Made by a program: the position numbers and the translations under genes. Shown here one piece after another: positions 1-11,265 of a DNA stretch of 64,000 nucleotides; the first letter of the stretch is position 1, and every line of letters starts with the position of its first letter. The notes below the pieces were generated by a model. That model was given only the letters and a program-made list of their open reading frames with translations. It did no database searches and had not been told where the DNA came from. Source of the DNA: a virus. The DNA is taken from positions 12,030-76,029 of IMG/VR virus record IMGVR_UViG_3300034072_000373; one strand, written 5' to 3'.

Positions 1-1
1 A

Positions 2-70
2 ACCCTTAAAGCATTTGCTGAGGAACTCGTTGCTATTAAAGCTCGACTCACAGCACTGGAAAATGGTTAA
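2..70 (+). CDS. 3' end of an upstream gene (partial, ...TLKAFAEELVAIKARLTALENG*)
   Basis: Open frame from the window edge to TAA at 68-70, which overlaps the AGGAG RBS of the next gene. Confidence 0.6.
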   Translation, partial: TLKAFAEELVAIKARLTALENG

Positions 71-81
71 GGAGAAGTGTT

Positions 82-420
82 GTGACCACATCTGTAGAAG
101 TGCAGCTTGCGCGTATGGAAGAACGAATGGAAATCATCCTCGCTGATTTAGCTGAAGCTAAGGAGCGTAGGAGAGAGCAATACGTCTGGAATGAAACCAT
201 CAAAGGTTCATTGGCTGTTTTGAATGGTCGTCTTGCTAACGTAGAAAGCAGCATGTCTGAGGCTAAACCAACTCTAGCTGAATTCACCAGAATGAAGCAT
301 GAAGTGAATGGCGCAGGTAAGTTGGGTAAATGGGTGTGGGCAATTGCTGGTGCAGTAATCGGTGCCATTGCTACATCAAGAGGATTCATTTTGCATATGT
401 TAGGATACAATCCATCATGA
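82..420 (+). CDS. Coiled-coil protein with C-terminal TM helix, putative holin/lysis accessory
   Basis: AGGAG RBS; hydrophobic C-terminus WVWAIAGAVIGAIA; ATGA overlap with the endolysin. Confidence 0.55.
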   Translation: MTTSVEVQLARMEERMEIILADLAEAKERRREQYVWNETIKGSLAVLNGRLANVESSMSEAKPTLAEFTRMKHEVNGAGKLGKWVWAIAGAVIGAIATSRGFILHMLGYNPS

Positions 421-986
421 CCGATCTACTAACTGTGAAGGTGGCAGCAGAACTCATTGAGCATGAGGCCATCGTTCTGGAAAGTTATTACGATAATGCC
501 AATCCCCCAAGGCTAACTTGGGGGATCGGTGTAACTGATGCCTCTGGCCATAAGGTTGGACGGTATAAGGATAATCCCCAGACGATTCAGCGTGTGCTTG
601 AAATTTATCTCTGGCTCCTGAGAACTGTCTATGTTCCTGATGTCCTCAAGGCTTTTCAGGGTTACAATCTCACTGAAGCTGAATTCGGTGCTGCTCTCTC
701 ATTCCACTATAATACTGGTGCAATCCTAAAGACGGATTGGGTTAAGCTGGTTAAAGCTGGGAAGCGTAAGGAAGCACGGGAATTTCTAGAGACTCACTAT
801 CTTAATGGTGGTTCTCTCACTAAGCGTCGTAAGCTGGAGGCTTCACTCTTCTTCGATGGACGTTGGACTACGGATTTCCGTGCCACTGTCTTCAGTGTGA
901 AGAAGCCAAGCTATACTCCTAATTGGAGCAGTGCTAAGACGGTCGATATTCTCGAACCTCTGAAGAAGGCTATGCTTGCAAAATGA
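417..986 (+). CDS. Endolysin, GH24/T4-lysozyme-like muramidase
   Basis: HEAIVLESYYD...TWGIGVT (E-D-T catalytic spacing), ALSFHYNTG, L.KRRKLE; start moved to ATG 417. Confidence 0.85.
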   Translation: MTDLLTVKVAAELIEHEAIVLESYYDNANPPRLTWGIGVTDASGHKVGRYKDNPQTIQRVLEIYLWLLRTVYVPDVLKAFQGYNLTEAEFGAALSFHYNTGAILKTDWVKLVKAGKRKEAREFLETHYLNGGSLTKRRKLEASLFFDGRWTTDFRATVFSVKKPSYTPNWSSAKTVDILEPLKKAMLAK

Positions 987-1243
987 ATAAGCTTCTAGGC
1001 GCACTGAAAAGTGCTGATGGTGATTATGAAATTCAGCGAACTCTCGGTGCGCTTGGAACCATCACATATATTGTCACAGTCCCTCTCCTGATCTGGCTCG
1101 ATAAGATTACAGTAACTCTCACTGAATTCTGTTTAGCCTACCCATCAGGATTGGGTGCTTGTGTTTTGACCACTGCTGGTTCTATCGCCCTAAAGGATAG
1201 ACAGATTGCTAAGGCAAAGAAGGAGGAACTACCCGGTGGCTGA
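983..1243 (+). CDS. Small two-TM membrane protein, putative holin
   Basis: Two hydrophobic segments, basic C-terminus, ATGA-coupled to the endolysin. Confidence 0.55.
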   Translation: MNKLLGALKSADGDYEIQRTLGALGTITYIVTVPLLIWLDKITVTLTEFCLAYPSGLGACVLTTAGSIALKDRQIAKAKKEELPGG

Positions 1244-3533
1244 ACCAGAATCATCAGGGTTTCGACCAACAGAGAGTCAATCTCAGAAGCTGACAGAGTG
1301 GGAGAATGAACCCTCTCTGTTGGACCTGAAGAGTGATTTCGATGTGTCGAAAGATACTCACAATAAGCAGATGGTGAAGATTGACCACTGGAACGATCTT
1401 ATGTTCGTTCGTGGTAGGGCTAAACCTAATGCACCAAAGAATCGCTCTCAGGTGCAGCCAAAGCTCATTCGTCGTCAGGCTGAATGGCGTTACTCTGCAC
1501 TGACTGAACCATTCCTTGGTTCAAATAAGCTGTTCAAGGTTTCTCCAGTTACATGGGAAGACGAAGAGGCAGCAAAGCAGAATGAGCTACTTCTGAACCA
1601 TCAGTTCAGAGTAAAGCTGAATCGTGTCAAATTCATTGACGATTTCGTCCGTTCTACGGTCGATGAAGGGACTGCCATTCTTCGGTATGGTTGGCTCCGT
1701 AATGTCACGACTGTTAAGGAAACAGTTCCTACCTTCCAGCATTTTGCAATGACTACGGAAGAAGAGGCACAGGCTCTACAGCAGGCACTCCAACTTCGCG
1801 AAGAGAATCCCAGAGGATATGAAGATCAGGTTCCTCCTGAACTGAAAGCTGCTGTCGATTATTTTGATCAGACTCAGCAGCCTACTGTTGCTGTCCAGAA
1901 TGGTGTGCAGGAAATTGATGTAGAGAAGATTCTACAGAATGAGCCTACTGTTGAAGTGCTCAATCCTAAGAATGTGTATCTTGATCCCACCTGCAATGGG
2001 GACATGAATAAAGCACTGTTTACGGTTGTTGCTTTTGAAACCAACAAGGCTGAATTGCTGAAGAATCCAGAAACCTACAAGAATCTTGATAAGGTCAACT
2101 GGTCTACCAACACTCCAATTTCGGATGCTGAATATGAAACCCAGACACCAAATGTCTTCGAGTTCAAAGACGACTTGCGTAAGAAAGTCGTGGCGTATGA
2201 ATATTGGGGATTCTACGACATTCACGGTAACGGTGAACTTGTTCCCATTGTCGCTACGTGGATTGGTGACACCATCATTCGACTGGAAGAAAGTCCCTTC
2301 TCAAATAAGAAGCTTCCTTTCATCGTGGTTCCCTACCTCCCCGTTAAGCGTGAGCTATACGGTGAACCAGATGCCGAACTCCTAGAAGATAACCAGAAGA
2401 TTCAGGGTGCCCTAACTCGCGGTATCATTGATCTCTTGGGTCGATCTGCCAATAGCCAGATTGGTTTGGCTAAGGGTCTATTGGACCCTATGAATCGCAA
2501 TCGGTATGATCGTGGTGAGGATTATGAATTTAATCCCAGCATGAATCCTACTTCCCATATTATTGAGCATAAATACCCTGAACTACCTCAGTCAGCTATG
2601 ATTATGCTGAACTCTCAGAACCAAGAAGCTGAAGCACTGACTGGTGTGAAGAGCTTTGGTGGAGGTATGTCAGGTGAAGCTTATGGTGAAGTTGCTGCCG
2701 GTATTCGTGGTGTTCTGGATGCTGCTTCCAAGCGGGAAATGGCGATTCTCCGTAGGCTTGCTAAAGGCGTTACTGAATTGGGTCAGGCAATCATTTCGAT
2801 GAATGCCGATTTCCTGTCTGAACAGGAAGTGATTCGTGTAACCAATACTCAGTTTGCTGTAATCAAACGTGAAGAGATTCAGGGTCAGTTTGATCTTGAA
2901 GTGGATATCTCCACGGCAGAAGTCGATAATCAGAAGTCTCAAGATTTGAGCTTCATGCTTCAGACCATTGGTAACTCAATGGACTTTGGTATGACCAAGA
3001 TCATTCTGTCTGAAATTGCTGAACTGAAGCGTATGCCTGCCTTGGCTTATACGATTAAGACATTTGAGCCACAGCCTTCACCTGCACAACAGCGTCTAGA
3101 AGAACTGGCTATTCAGAAGGCTGAACTGGAGAATGAAGAACTCCAGTCACAGATTGAACTGAATAGGGCTAAAGCTCGTCAGGCAGAAGCTCAGGCTGAT
3201 AAGACTGATCTTGATTATGTTGAGCAGGAAACTGGCACAACTCATGCCAGAAACATGCAGAAGCAGAAAGCTCAGAGCGAAGGTAATCAGAATCTACAGG
3301 TTACTAAGGCTCTCACTACTCCAAAGAAGGAAGGTGAAGCCAAGCCTGACATTGATGCTGCTGTTGGTTTCAACGAACTAAGTAAGCGTCTAAGTAACGA
3401 TGGTATCCCTGATCGTGTTGACAACAGTTTTGAAAGGGACCAACAAGCAGAAAGTGATCCAAGGTTTAGCATCTATAGTAGGTTCTATCAGCCAAGCCTT
3501 GATCCAGCGTCTAACCCAAATATGAGTATTTAA
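1236..3533 (+). CDS. Portal protein (N4 gp59-like)
   Basis: [37 protein letters not shown] motifs typical of N4-like portals; GTG at 1236 after GGAGG RBS. Confidence 0.9.
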   Translation: MAEPESSGFRPTESQSQKLTEWENEPSLLDLKSDFDVSKDTHNKQMVKIDHWNDLMFVRGRAKPNAPKNRSQVQPKLIRRQAEWRYSALTEPFLGSNKLFKVSPVTWEDEEAAKQNELLLNHQFRVKLNRVKFIDDFVRSTVDEGTAILRYGWLRNVTTVKETVPTFQHFAMTTEEEAQALQQALQLREENPRGYEDQVPPELKAAVDYFDQTQQPTVAVQNGVQEIDVEKILQNEPTVEVLNPKNVYLDPTCNGDMNKALFTVVAFETNKAELLKNPETYKNLDKVNWSTNTPISDAEYETQTPNVFEFKDDLRKKVVAYEYWGFYDIHGNGELVPIVATWIGDTIIRLEESPFSNKKLPFIVVPYLPVKRELYGEPDAELLEDNQKIQGALTRGIIDLLGRSANSQIGLAKGLLDPMNRNRYDRGEDYEFNPSMNPTSHIIEHKYPELPQSAMIMLNSQNQEAEALTGVKSFGGGMSGEAYGEVAAGIRGVLDAASKREMAILRRLAKGVTELGQAIISMNADFLSEQEVIRVTNTQFAVIKREEIQGQFDLEVDISTAEVDNQKSQDLSFMLQTIGNSMDFGMTKIILSEIAELKRMPALAYTIKTFEPQPSPAQQRLEELAIQKAELENEELQSQIELNRAKARQAEAQADKTDLDYVEQETGTTHARNMQKQKAQSEGNQNLQVTKALTTPKKEGEAKPDIDAAVGFNELSKRLSNDGIPDRVDNSFERDQQAESDPRFSIYSRFYQPSLDPASNPNMSI

Positions 3534-3534
3534 G

Positions 3535-3864
3535 ATGTCCCGACTAATTGAACTAGAAATGCAGAAGCGTGGTCTTGAAGAGCGTCTTGCGTATAAGGAC
3601 AAGTTTGATCGTCTTTTCGCAAATCCCGATTTTCAGGACGTGGTTCAGAAGCTGTTCTGTGAACAGGAAGCACTGGCTTATCTTGGCCGATATGTTGATT
3701 CCAATCTCAGTGACGATGCTCGTGCTGAAGGTCTGGAAATGGCAAAGGCAGCAGCAAGTCTGAAGCTTTGGTTCCAGATTCAGGGTCAGCTACTGGATCG
3801 GACCCCCGGTGATCTCCAGAAGGTCAAAGATGAAATTGAATGGACTCGTCAGGAAGGGAATTAA
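3535..3864 (+). CDS. Hypothetical protein (N4 gp58-like position)
   Basis: RLFANPDFQDVV motif; synteny between portal and gp57-like gene. Confidence 0.65.
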   Translation: MSRLIELEMQKRGLEERLAYKDKFDRLFANPDFQDVVQKLFCEQEALAYLGRYVDSNLSDDARAEGLEMAKAAASLKLWFQIQGQLLDRTPGDLQKVKDEIEWTRQEGN

Positions 3865-3868
3865 TTAA

Positions 3869-5065
3869 ATGAGTGGTATGACCCAGCAGACCTCGGATAC
3901 TCTTTCGAGCATGTCTGATGAGGACTTCCTAAAGGCTCTTCCATCAGCGGTGGAAGAGTCTACTCAGACGGAAGAATCTTCACAGCAGGCTCCAGCAGAG
4001 GAACAGACTGAGGAAGTCGAAACCCAGACTGAAGTTCAGACGCCTACTGAGGAATCTCAGGAACAGGCGGAAGAACAGCCTGAAGAGAAGGTTGAAGGTG
4101 AAGAAGCACCTACTCCTGATGAACAGGTTCAGACTGAAGAACAGCCTCAGCAGCAGCCAAAGGTTGAAGAACCTAATGCTCTGAAGGAAGGGGAAGAAGC
4201 CCCTAAGCAGGAAGAACAGCCTAAACCAGAGGCTAAATCACCTACTGATCTTCAGGCTTTCCATGATAAGATTCTGGCTCCATTCAAAGCGAATGGTAAA
4301 ATGCTTCAGGCAAAGGATGCCGATGAAGCAATTCAGCTTATGCAGATGGGTGCTAACTACACCCGTAAGATGCAGGAACTTCAGCCAGCCCGTAAGACCA
4401 TTATGCTCCTAGAAAAGCACGGTCTTCTGGATGAAGAAAAGTTGTCCTATCTGATTGATCTTCACGAGAAGAATCCAGAGGCAATTAAAAAGTTGGTTCA
4501 AGAGTCTGGTATTGAACCAATGGATATTGATCCAAATGAAAAATCAAACTATGTAAGTGCTAATCATCAACTCTCTAACGAGGAATTTGCGTTCAGAGCC
4601 GCTGTTGAGGAAGTATCTACTTCGACCAACGGGCATGAGACGATCAAAGCTGTTAGTGGTTGGGATCAGACTAGCCAAGACTTCATCTGGGAAAACCCAA
4701 GCGTTCTATCAATTATTCACGAACAAAAAGAGAGCGGTGTTTACGATCTCATTGTTGCTGAAGTTGATCGACGCAAGACCATGGGTCAAATCCCAGTTAA
4801 CGCTCCATTTATCGCTGCTTACGAAACTGTAGGTAAGGAAATGGCTGAAGCAGAATTGGCAGCTAAGAAGGTGACAGAGCAGCCCAATGTGGTTGTTGAA
4901 CCTAAACCAGTAGTAGCCACTACTGTTGCAGCCCCTAAGCCAACAGCCGCTAATGGTGATAAGGCTAAAGCCGCAAGTCCAACCAGAACCAATGGAGCCA
5001 AGGCTCCTGTAGTCGATTTCTCCAAGCTTTCAGATGATGAATTCTTGAAGACATTCAAAGCATAA
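3869..5065 (+). CDS. N4 gp57-like protein (acidic N-terminus; scaffold-like, often annotated tape measure)
   Basis: MSDEDFL...PFKANGK...LMQMGANYTRKMQ; E/Q/P-rich region; directly upstream of the capsid gene. Confidence 0.8.
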   Translation: MSGMTQQTSDTLSSMSDEDFLKALPSAVEESTQTEESSQQAPAEEQTEEVETQTEVQTPTEESQEQAEEQPEEKVEGEEAPTPDEQVQTEEQPQQQPKVEEPNALKEGEEAPKQEEQPKPEAKSPTDLQAFHDKILAPFKANGKMLQAKDADEAIQLMQMGANYTRKMQELQPARKTIMLLEKHGLLDEEKLSYLIDLHEKNPEAIKKLVQESGIEPMDIDPNEKSNYVSANHQLSNEEFAFRAAVEEVSTSTNGHETIKAVSGWDQTSQDFIWENPSVLSIIHEQKESGVYDLIVAEVDRRKTMGQIPVNAPFIAAYETVGKEMAEAELAAKKVTEQPNVVVEPKPVVATTVAAPKPTAANGDKAKAASPTRTNGAKAPVVDFSKLSDDEFLKTFKA

Positions 5066-5077
5066 GGATCGTAATTC

Positions 5078-6289
5078 ATGCTAAATTATAACGCCCCTAT
5101 TGATGGTGCTAAGTCCACCATCGACAATGCTCCCGGCAATAGCTCGGATCAGATGAACAGCTACCACTGGCTGCGTAAGAGCATCATCACTGCTCGTAAG
5201 CTTCAGTTCTTCACGCCTCTGGCTCGCACTGAGAATATGCCAAAGAACTATGGTAAGACCATGAAGCTCTATGAGTATGTTCCCATTCTCGATGACCGCA
5301 ACGTCAACGATCAGGGTATTGATGCTGCTGGTGCTACCATTGCCAATGGTAATCTGTATGGCTCAAGCAAGGATATCGGCACCATTACTGCCAAGCTCCC
5401 TGTCCTTCAGGAAGGTGGCGGTCGAGTGAACCGTGTTGGCTTTACTCGTATCCAGCGTGAAGGTTCGCTAGTTGAATTCGGTGAATTCTATGAATTCACT
5501 AAGGATTCGCTGATGTTCGATTCAGACCCTGAGCTTATGAGCCATCTGAGCCGTGAACTGGTGAACTCAGCCGTTCAGATTTCAGAAGCTGTTCTACAGC
5601 GTGATATTCTGGCCGCTGCTGGTGTTACCGTGTTTGCTGGTGCAGCTACCTCAAACGGCACTGTGACTGCTGAAGGTGCAACTCCTTCAATCGTGGATCA
5701 TGATGATCTGGTTCGTCTGGATCAGATTCTGACTGATAACCGGACCCCAATGCAGACCACTGTTATCAGCGGTTCGCTCTACACTGATACCCGCACCATT
5801 CCTGCTGCTCGTATCATGTTTGTTGGTTCCGAACTGGTCCCAATGCTGAAGAAGATGCAGGACTCATTCGGTAATCCTGCCTTCATTGCAGTCCAGCACT
5901 ACACTGATGCTGGCACCGCTCTGAATGGTGAGATTGGCTGCATTGACAGCTTCCGTCTGATTCAGGTTCCTGAAATGCTGCATTGGGCTGGTGTCGGTGC
6001 AACTGTAGGCACCAATCCCGGTTATCGTGCATCGAATGTCGGTAACGGTAATCGTTACAACGTCTATCCAATGGTCGTTGTGGGTGAGGACAGCTTTGCC
6101 ACTATCGGTTTCCAGACCGATGGTAAGTCAGCGAAGATGAACGTCCTGACCAAGATGCCCGGTCGTGAAACTGCTGATCGCAATGATCCATACGGTAAGA
6201 CTGGTTTCAGTTCTATCTCTTGGTTCTATGGCTTCCTTGCCAAGCGTCCAGAACGTATCGGTCTGATCAAGACTGTTGCACCCATCTAA
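5078..6289 (+). CDS. Major capsid protein (N4 gp56-like)
   Basis: [45 protein letters not shown]; followed by a terminator. Confidence 0.92.
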   Translation: MLNYNAPIDGAKSTIDNAPGNSSDQMNSYHWLRKSIITARKLQFFTPLARTENMPKNYGKTMKLYEYVPILDDRNVNDQGIDAAGATIANGNLYGSSKDIGTITAKLPVLQEGGGRVNRVGFTRIQREGSLVEFGEFYEFTKDSLMFDSDPELMSHLSRELVNSAVQISEAVLQRDILAAAGVTVFAGAATSNGTVTAEGATPSIVDHDDLVRLDQILTDNRTPMQTTVISGSLYTDTRTIPAARIMFVGSELVPMLKKMQDSFGNPAFIAVQHYTDAGTALNGEIGCIDSFRLIQVPEMLHWAGVGATVGTNPGYRASNVGNGNRYNVYPMVVVGEDSFATIGFQTDGKSAKMNVLTKMPGRETADRNDPYGKTGFSSISWFYGFLAKRPERIGLIKTVAPI

Positions 6290-6313
6290 TAGATGGTGCT
6301 AACTCCACAAAAG

Positions 6314-6347
6314 AGGGAGGGGGATTAACTTCCTCCTCCCTTTTTTT
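6314..6347 (+). terminator. Rho-independent terminator after MCP
   Basis: AGGGAGGGGGA-TTAACT-TCCTCCTCCCT followed by a T run. Confidence 0.85.
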
Positions 6348-6372
6348 ATTCCCTACATAAAGGTGTGTTATC

Positions 6373-6990
6373 ATGAATCTTGAACCAAATGCTCTAGATC
6401 AGAGTGATGCCGAAATGGAAGTTATCCCTGCTGCTGAAGCAAAGGATGAACTGACTGTTCTCAAAGAACGTGCTCGTAAGATGAACATCACGTTCTCAAA
6501 CAACATCAAGGTCGATGCTCTTCGTGAGAAGATCGAAGCTGTGATGAATGGTAATAAGACTACCAAGGCTGAGCCAGAGACGGATGAAGGTGGCAACTCA
6601 GTTGCCGACATTCGTAACAAGGTTTACCTCGAAGCAATGAAGCTGGTCCGTATTCGTATTACGAATATGAACCCTGCCAAGGGTTCTCTGTTTGGTGAAT
6701 TCTTCACTGTGGCAAATCGCTATATCGGCACTGTCACAAAGTATGTCCCATACAATGAAGCCTCCCAAGAAGGCTATCATGTTCCTCACTGCATCTATGA
6801 AGCGCTGAAGGAAAAGGAATATCTTCATGTCCGCACCAAGACCAATCCTCGGACTGGTGCTGCAATTCCTGAAACCAAGTATGTGAAGGAATTTGCTATC
6901 GAAGTTCTGCCTCCCCTGAGTGAGAAAGAACTGAAGGATTTGGCACTGGCTCAGGCTGCTGCCGGTTCAATTGAACCAACCAACACTTAA
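6373..6990 (+). CDS. N4 gp55-like protein
   Basis: LKERARKMNITFS...KLVRIRITNMNPAK...EFAIEVLPPL; synteny. Confidence 0.75.
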   Translation: MNLEPNALDQSDAEMEVIPAAEAKDELTVLKERARKMNITFSNNIKVDALREKIEAVMNGNKTTKAEPETDEGGNSVADIRNKVYLEAMKLVRIRITNMNPAKGSLFGEFFTVANRYIGTVTKYVPYNEASQEGYHVPHCIYEALKEKEYLHVRTKTNPRTGAAIPETKYVKEFAIEVLPPLSEKELKDLALAQAAAGSIEPTNT

Positions 6991-7005
6991 TAAGGATGAT
7001 GCGTC

Positions 7006-8565
7006 ATGAGTTGTGGTGCTGAAGTAACAGCCAAGAGATTGTATGATGCCCTCAAAGCAGACGCATCATTTGATTTCCCTGAACTGGATTGGGATGATCC
7101 AGATTTGCAATTTCCCCCTACAACGGGGGAATTGTATGAGCCAATTGAGAAGCTGAAGGATGAAGACCTAACCACTGGACTAATCAACGGTGATGGCACA
7201 TTCGATAAGCTGATGGCTTCAATCAAACATCACCTTCGTGGTGAATTTGAAGATGGCCGAATCACTGGTCGGGAATTCTCAGAAGCATATACCCAGAGCA
7301 CAGTTGCTGCTCTGGGAACTGCTGTTCAGTATCTTCTGGGTAAAGATCAGGCTAACTGGCAGGCAATCCTTCTACAGCTTCAGGCTAGAGAAGCTGCTAT
7401 TGCTGCAATCAATGCTAAGGTCACACTACGGACTTCAATGCTTCAGTATGAAGTTGTCCGTATGCAGGCTGAAATGTCAGTTATTGATTATGCCAATAAG
7501 AAGATTCAGTTGGCTATCGCTGATGAAGATTACTGCCTGAAGATTCAGCAAGGTGAACTGAATGAGATTGAAAAATCAACTCGTCAGTATAATCTTGATA
7601 CGATTCTCCCACTCCAGTCTCAGATGCTGACTGAACAGATTGCTGGGCAGGTTCTGGATAATACCGGACAGGGTATTCAGAATGATACTGCAACATATAA
7701 TCTAGATGAGATTCTGCCTAAGCAGGCTGCACAGCTTACAGTTCAGACTGATAATCTGACCAAGCAAGGTTTGGGCATCGTGGCTCAGACTGCAAATGTT
7801 GAATCTGACACTGCCATTAAGGGTTATCAGCTTTCGGATATGCTTCCTGCTGAACTGGCTCAGACAGAGGCTCAGACTACGAATCTTGGTAAGCAGGGTA
7901 TCATTCTGGATGATGAGCATGATCTCAATCTGCTGCGTGCTACAGGTCTTGGTATTGATAATAATACAAAGACTTACAATCTGAACACCATGCTTCCTGC
8001 ACAGATGGCAGGGGTTGTGGCACAGACTGATATGGTCACTGCACAGATCGTCAATGAAAGTAAGCGTGGTCTGGTTTTGGATCAGAATGTCCTTCAGCTT
8101 CAGGCTGAGATTCTGGGCATTGGTCTGGATAACGATACCAAGACTTACAATCTGGCCAACATTCTGCCTAAGAATCTTGAGCTACTGACGGCACAGGTTG
8201 CAGGTGTTGAAGCAGATACTGACGGTAAGATTTATAATGTTACCTATGTTCTGCCTAAGCAGCTTGAACTGGTTAGTGAACAGGTTGAGTCAACCAGAGC
8301 GCAAACCATGGATACCAGAACTGACGGCACCACTGTCATTACTGGTCTGCTTGGTAAACAGAAGGCACTCTATGAACAGCAGATCACCAGCTATCAGCGT
8401 GATAGTGAAGTGAAGGCTGCAAAGATGTTCATTGATGCTTGGATCACACAGAAGACCATTGATGAAGGTCTGCTCCCACCAGAGGGCTTCGAGAATGACA
8501 ATCTCGATTTGATTCTGGCGAAGCTGATCTCTAACAACGGTTTCGGAACAATGATTGCGGATTAA
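7006..8565 (+). CDS. Virion structural protein (N4 gp54-like) with internal repeats
   Basis: GDGTFDKLM N-terminal and GLLGKQKALY..QITSYQRD C-terminal motifs; six YNL..LP repeats in between. Confidence 0.75.
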   Translation: MSCGAEVTAKRLYDALKADASFDFPELDWDDPDLQFPPTTGELYEPIEKLKDEDLTTGLINGDGTFDKLMASIKHHLRGEFEDGRITGREFSEAYTQSTVAALGTAVQYLLGKDQANWQAILLQLQAREAAIAAINAKVTLRTSMLQYEVVRMQAEMSVIDYANKKIQLAIADEDYCLKIQQGELNEIEKSTRQYNLDTILPLQSQMLTEQIAGQVLDNTGQGIQNDTATYNLDEILPKQAAQLTVQTDNLTKQGLGIVAQTANVESDTAIKGYQLSDMLPAELAQTEAQTTNLGKQGIILDDEHDLNLLRATGLGIDNNTKTYNLNTMLPAQMAGVVAQTDMVTAQIVNESKRGLVLDQNVLQLQAEILGIGLDNDTKTYNLANILPKNLELLTAQVAGVEADTDGKIYNVTYVLPKQLELVSEQVESTRAQTMDTRTDGTTVITGLLGKQKALYEQQITSYQRDSEVKAAKMFIDAWITQKTIDEGLLPPEGFENDNLDLILAKLISNNGFGTMIAD

Positions 8566-8569
8566 GTCG

Positions 8570-11254
8570 ATGGGTTTGTTTTCGTCTAAGAAGAAGATTT
8601 TCGTAGCCACCTCCGTCTATAATATGGCGGGGGATGAGCTAGAGAGACGTAACTACCTCAAAGACATGATTATCAACAATGTCTTAGCCCCCCAGCCAGC
8701 AAGCTGGGGGGATTTGATCAATCAGAACTACCTCTATGGACCCGGCATGAAATTACGCCGTTGGTTCAAATGGGTAACTAAGCCCGGTAACTATAATCAT
8801 GTAGGGCTGCCTACTGGTGTCCTCTACGGCTCACTCTCACTAGATAATGATCTAGTTATCCCTCAGCTTCCTGAAGACCCTAGCGCTACCATTCTGGTGC
8901 AGGAGTCTCATGTTGGTGGGGGTGATTTCTCATGGTGGGCAGATCAGTGGATTCTCCAGAATGAGCCAGACCTGATCGACACGGAATTTAAAATTGACTA
9001 TGACGATACAACTTCTCAGATCGTTATCACTCGTCCAGATGCTTCTACAGTGTCTTTTGCTCCAGTGGGATATAATCAGAACCAGAACTATATCTTCGTC
9101 AATTATGTTGTGGCAGAAGATTTGGCAGATGAAAGTGTGGTCACAGGCACACCTACAAACAGTGATCCACTCCCTTCAGAGTCTGGATGGGATTTGGTAT
9201 CTACTAACACAACCAATGTTCCTGTTACGCTGAAGACGTATGAGAAGGTTGATATCACCTATAGTGATGCCACACCTCCGTCTTCATCTGGACCCAATGA
9301 GACTGGTTCTACAGATACAAATTATGACCTCATTGAGCGTCATCTACGTAAAGAAGAATACACTGGTAGCTCATCTACTGGTGATGAAACTGCATCTGTA
9401 AAAACAGAGCGATATACCAATGATGGTAAGAAAGTAGTGGCCGTAGAAGATGTGGATGTTGTTAATGAAGACATTGGGGGTGGTGTCACTAAGACAACTA
9501 CTACAACTACTTATACCGATACTTTGGTTAATGATCGTTGGTATCGTGATGACACGCAACGTGTGAATATCCGTAGCTGGTCTACGGCTAAGATTTTCAT
9601 TTATCAGATTGGTTCAGGCAATGCTGCACTGGATGCTTTGATTGATGAATCTGCCATGAGTGGGACTCAGTTCTTCCCACACATTCCAGTCCGTATCGAC
9701 AATAAGATGATTAGCGAAATGGGTCCAACCTATGACGCTGCATTTGCTCAAGCTGATAAAGCCTATAAGCGTGCTGTCGGGGATCATATTGATACCCTGA
9801 TTGAGAAGGTAGCTGAGAATGAAAGTCTGAAAGATATTGACTACACCATGGTTGTCTTTGGTGTTCAGGCCAATGTCATTGAGAACGCATGTCGGAAATA
9901 CATGTTCAGATTCTTCCAGAAGCTGTCCGAATCTCAGTTTGCTGACCAATCTGATTATGTCACTTGGGAAACCAAGAAGACCGGATTTGAGGCAGCAATG
10001 CAAGCATGGCTAGATTGGAAAGCTGCTCAGAGCAATGAGTCTGATCCAGACTTTGGCACTCCTGAACCGACGATTCCTGACTATAGCTATCTGCCCAGCA
10101 ATCTAATGCGGGTAGCTACTACAGGTGACTATGGTTCAGAATTCAATATGGAAATCTCATGGGCTGCTATTGAGCATGAGGAATTCACTGGTGAGGCTAA
10201 GCCTAATGTAAAAGTTGGGGAGGTTTGGTTCCAGCAGATTGGGTTCGAGGACACTCTCTACAATATGTATGCTAAGAGAGGTAAGCTGGGTGAGTATGAA
10301 TCACGGGTCAATGTTGTCCGTGGATATTACCAGACAAGTGCCAATACGTATGAACGTCTGACCATCATCAACATGATTCATAAGAATTATGTGTATAAGG
10401 GTAAATCTGTCGAGACTGACTTTGCATTTGGTCTGACTGATCCAGAAGAGTCAGAATTCATTGTGCCACTGCATTACCCTACTTTCAGGGAAATGAGTCT
10501 GGTGGATTCTACCCAGATGGCAACAGCATGTATCTTGCTGGCATTTAATTGCTACAAGGTAAAGAAGATCAAATGGTATCAGCGGGGCATCTTCAAGATT
10601 GTTCTGGTGGTAGCAGTGATTGCTGTTTCCATTGCCTTGGCTCCAACCACTGGTGGTGCTTCACTTGGTATTCTTGGAACTAATATTGCTGTGGGATCAG
10701 CCATTGGTTTGACTGGTCTAGCTGCTGCTATTGCTGGGGCCATTGCAAATGCAATCGTTGCTGCAATCATCATGCAGGCAGTGAGTATGATTGCTACCGG
10801 AATCTTTGGTGCAAAGATTGGTCTGATCCTCACAGCTATTGCTGCTGTCGTTGTCATGAATGTTGGGTCTATGTTTGGTCCCAATGGTTCCATGGCTTTG
10901 AATTGGGACAGCCTTATGAGGGCAGATAATCTTCTCAAGATGACTAGCTCTGTAGGCAATGCCTATCAGGCATATGTCGGCGGGAAGATTATGGATTATC
11001 AGGAGAAGACTGCTGACCTCATGAAAGAGTATCAGTCTAACCTGAAGGATATTCGACAGAGCTATATTGACCAAGGGTTGTATGGTAATGCAACGATTGA
11101 CCCAATGCAGTTTGTCCAAAACAACTTTGCATTGGAAAACTCTGATACGTTTTTGGCTAGGACACTTTTGACGGGGACAGATATTGCAGAGATGAGCCAG
11201 AATCTCTTGACTGATTTCTCGACTTTAACCCTCAGCACTGAACTCCCAATATAA
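8570..11254 (+). CDS. Virion protein (N4 gp53-like) with hydrophobic C-terminal region
   Basis: MGLFSSKKKIFVATSVYNMAG start, KWYQRGIFK followed by long Ala/Gly/Ile TM-like stretches. Confidence 0.78.
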   Translation: MGLFSSKKKIFVATSVYNMAGDELERRNYLKDMIINNVLAPQPASWGDLINQNYLYGPGMKLRRWFKWVTKPGNYNHVGLPTGVLYGSLSLDNDLVIPQLPEDPSATILVQESHVGGGDFSWWADQWILQNEPDLIDTEFKIDYDDTTSQIVITRPDASTVSFAPVGYNQNQNYIFVNYVVAEDLADESVVTGTPTNSDPLPSESGWDLVSTNTTNVPVTLKTYEKVDITYSDATPPSSSGPNETGSTDTNYDLIERHLRKEEYTGSSSTGDETASVKTERYTNDGKKVVAVEDVDVVNEDIGGGVTKTTTTTTYTDTLVNDRWYRDDTQRVNIRSWSTAKIFIYQIGSGNAALDALIDESAMSGTQFFPHIPVRIDNKMISEMGPTYDAAFAQADKAYKRAVGDHIDTLIEKVAENESLKDIDYTMVVFGVQANVIENACRKYMFRFFQKLSESQFADQSDYVTWETKKTGFEAAMQAWLDWKAAQSNESDPDFGTPEPTIPDYSYLPSNLMRVATTGDYGSEFNMEISWAAIEHEEFTGEAKPNVKVGEVWFQQIGFEDTLYNMYAKRGKLGEYESRVNVVRGYYQTSANTYERLTIINMIHKNYVYKGKSVETDFAFGLTDPEESEFIVPLHYPTFREMSLVDSTQMATACILLAFNCYKVKKIKWYQRGIFKIVLVVAVIAVSIALAPTTGGASLGILGTNIAVGSAIGLTGLAAAIAGAIANAIVAAIIMQAVSMIATGIFGAKIGLILTAIAAVVVMNVGSMFGPNGSMALNWDSLMRADNLLKMTSSVGNAYQAYVGGKIMDYQEKTADLMKEYQSNLKDIRQSYIDQGLYGNATIDPMQFVQNNFALENSDTFLARTLLTGTDIAEMSQNLLTDFSTLTLSTELPI

Positions 11255-11265
11255 AGGATTATGAA

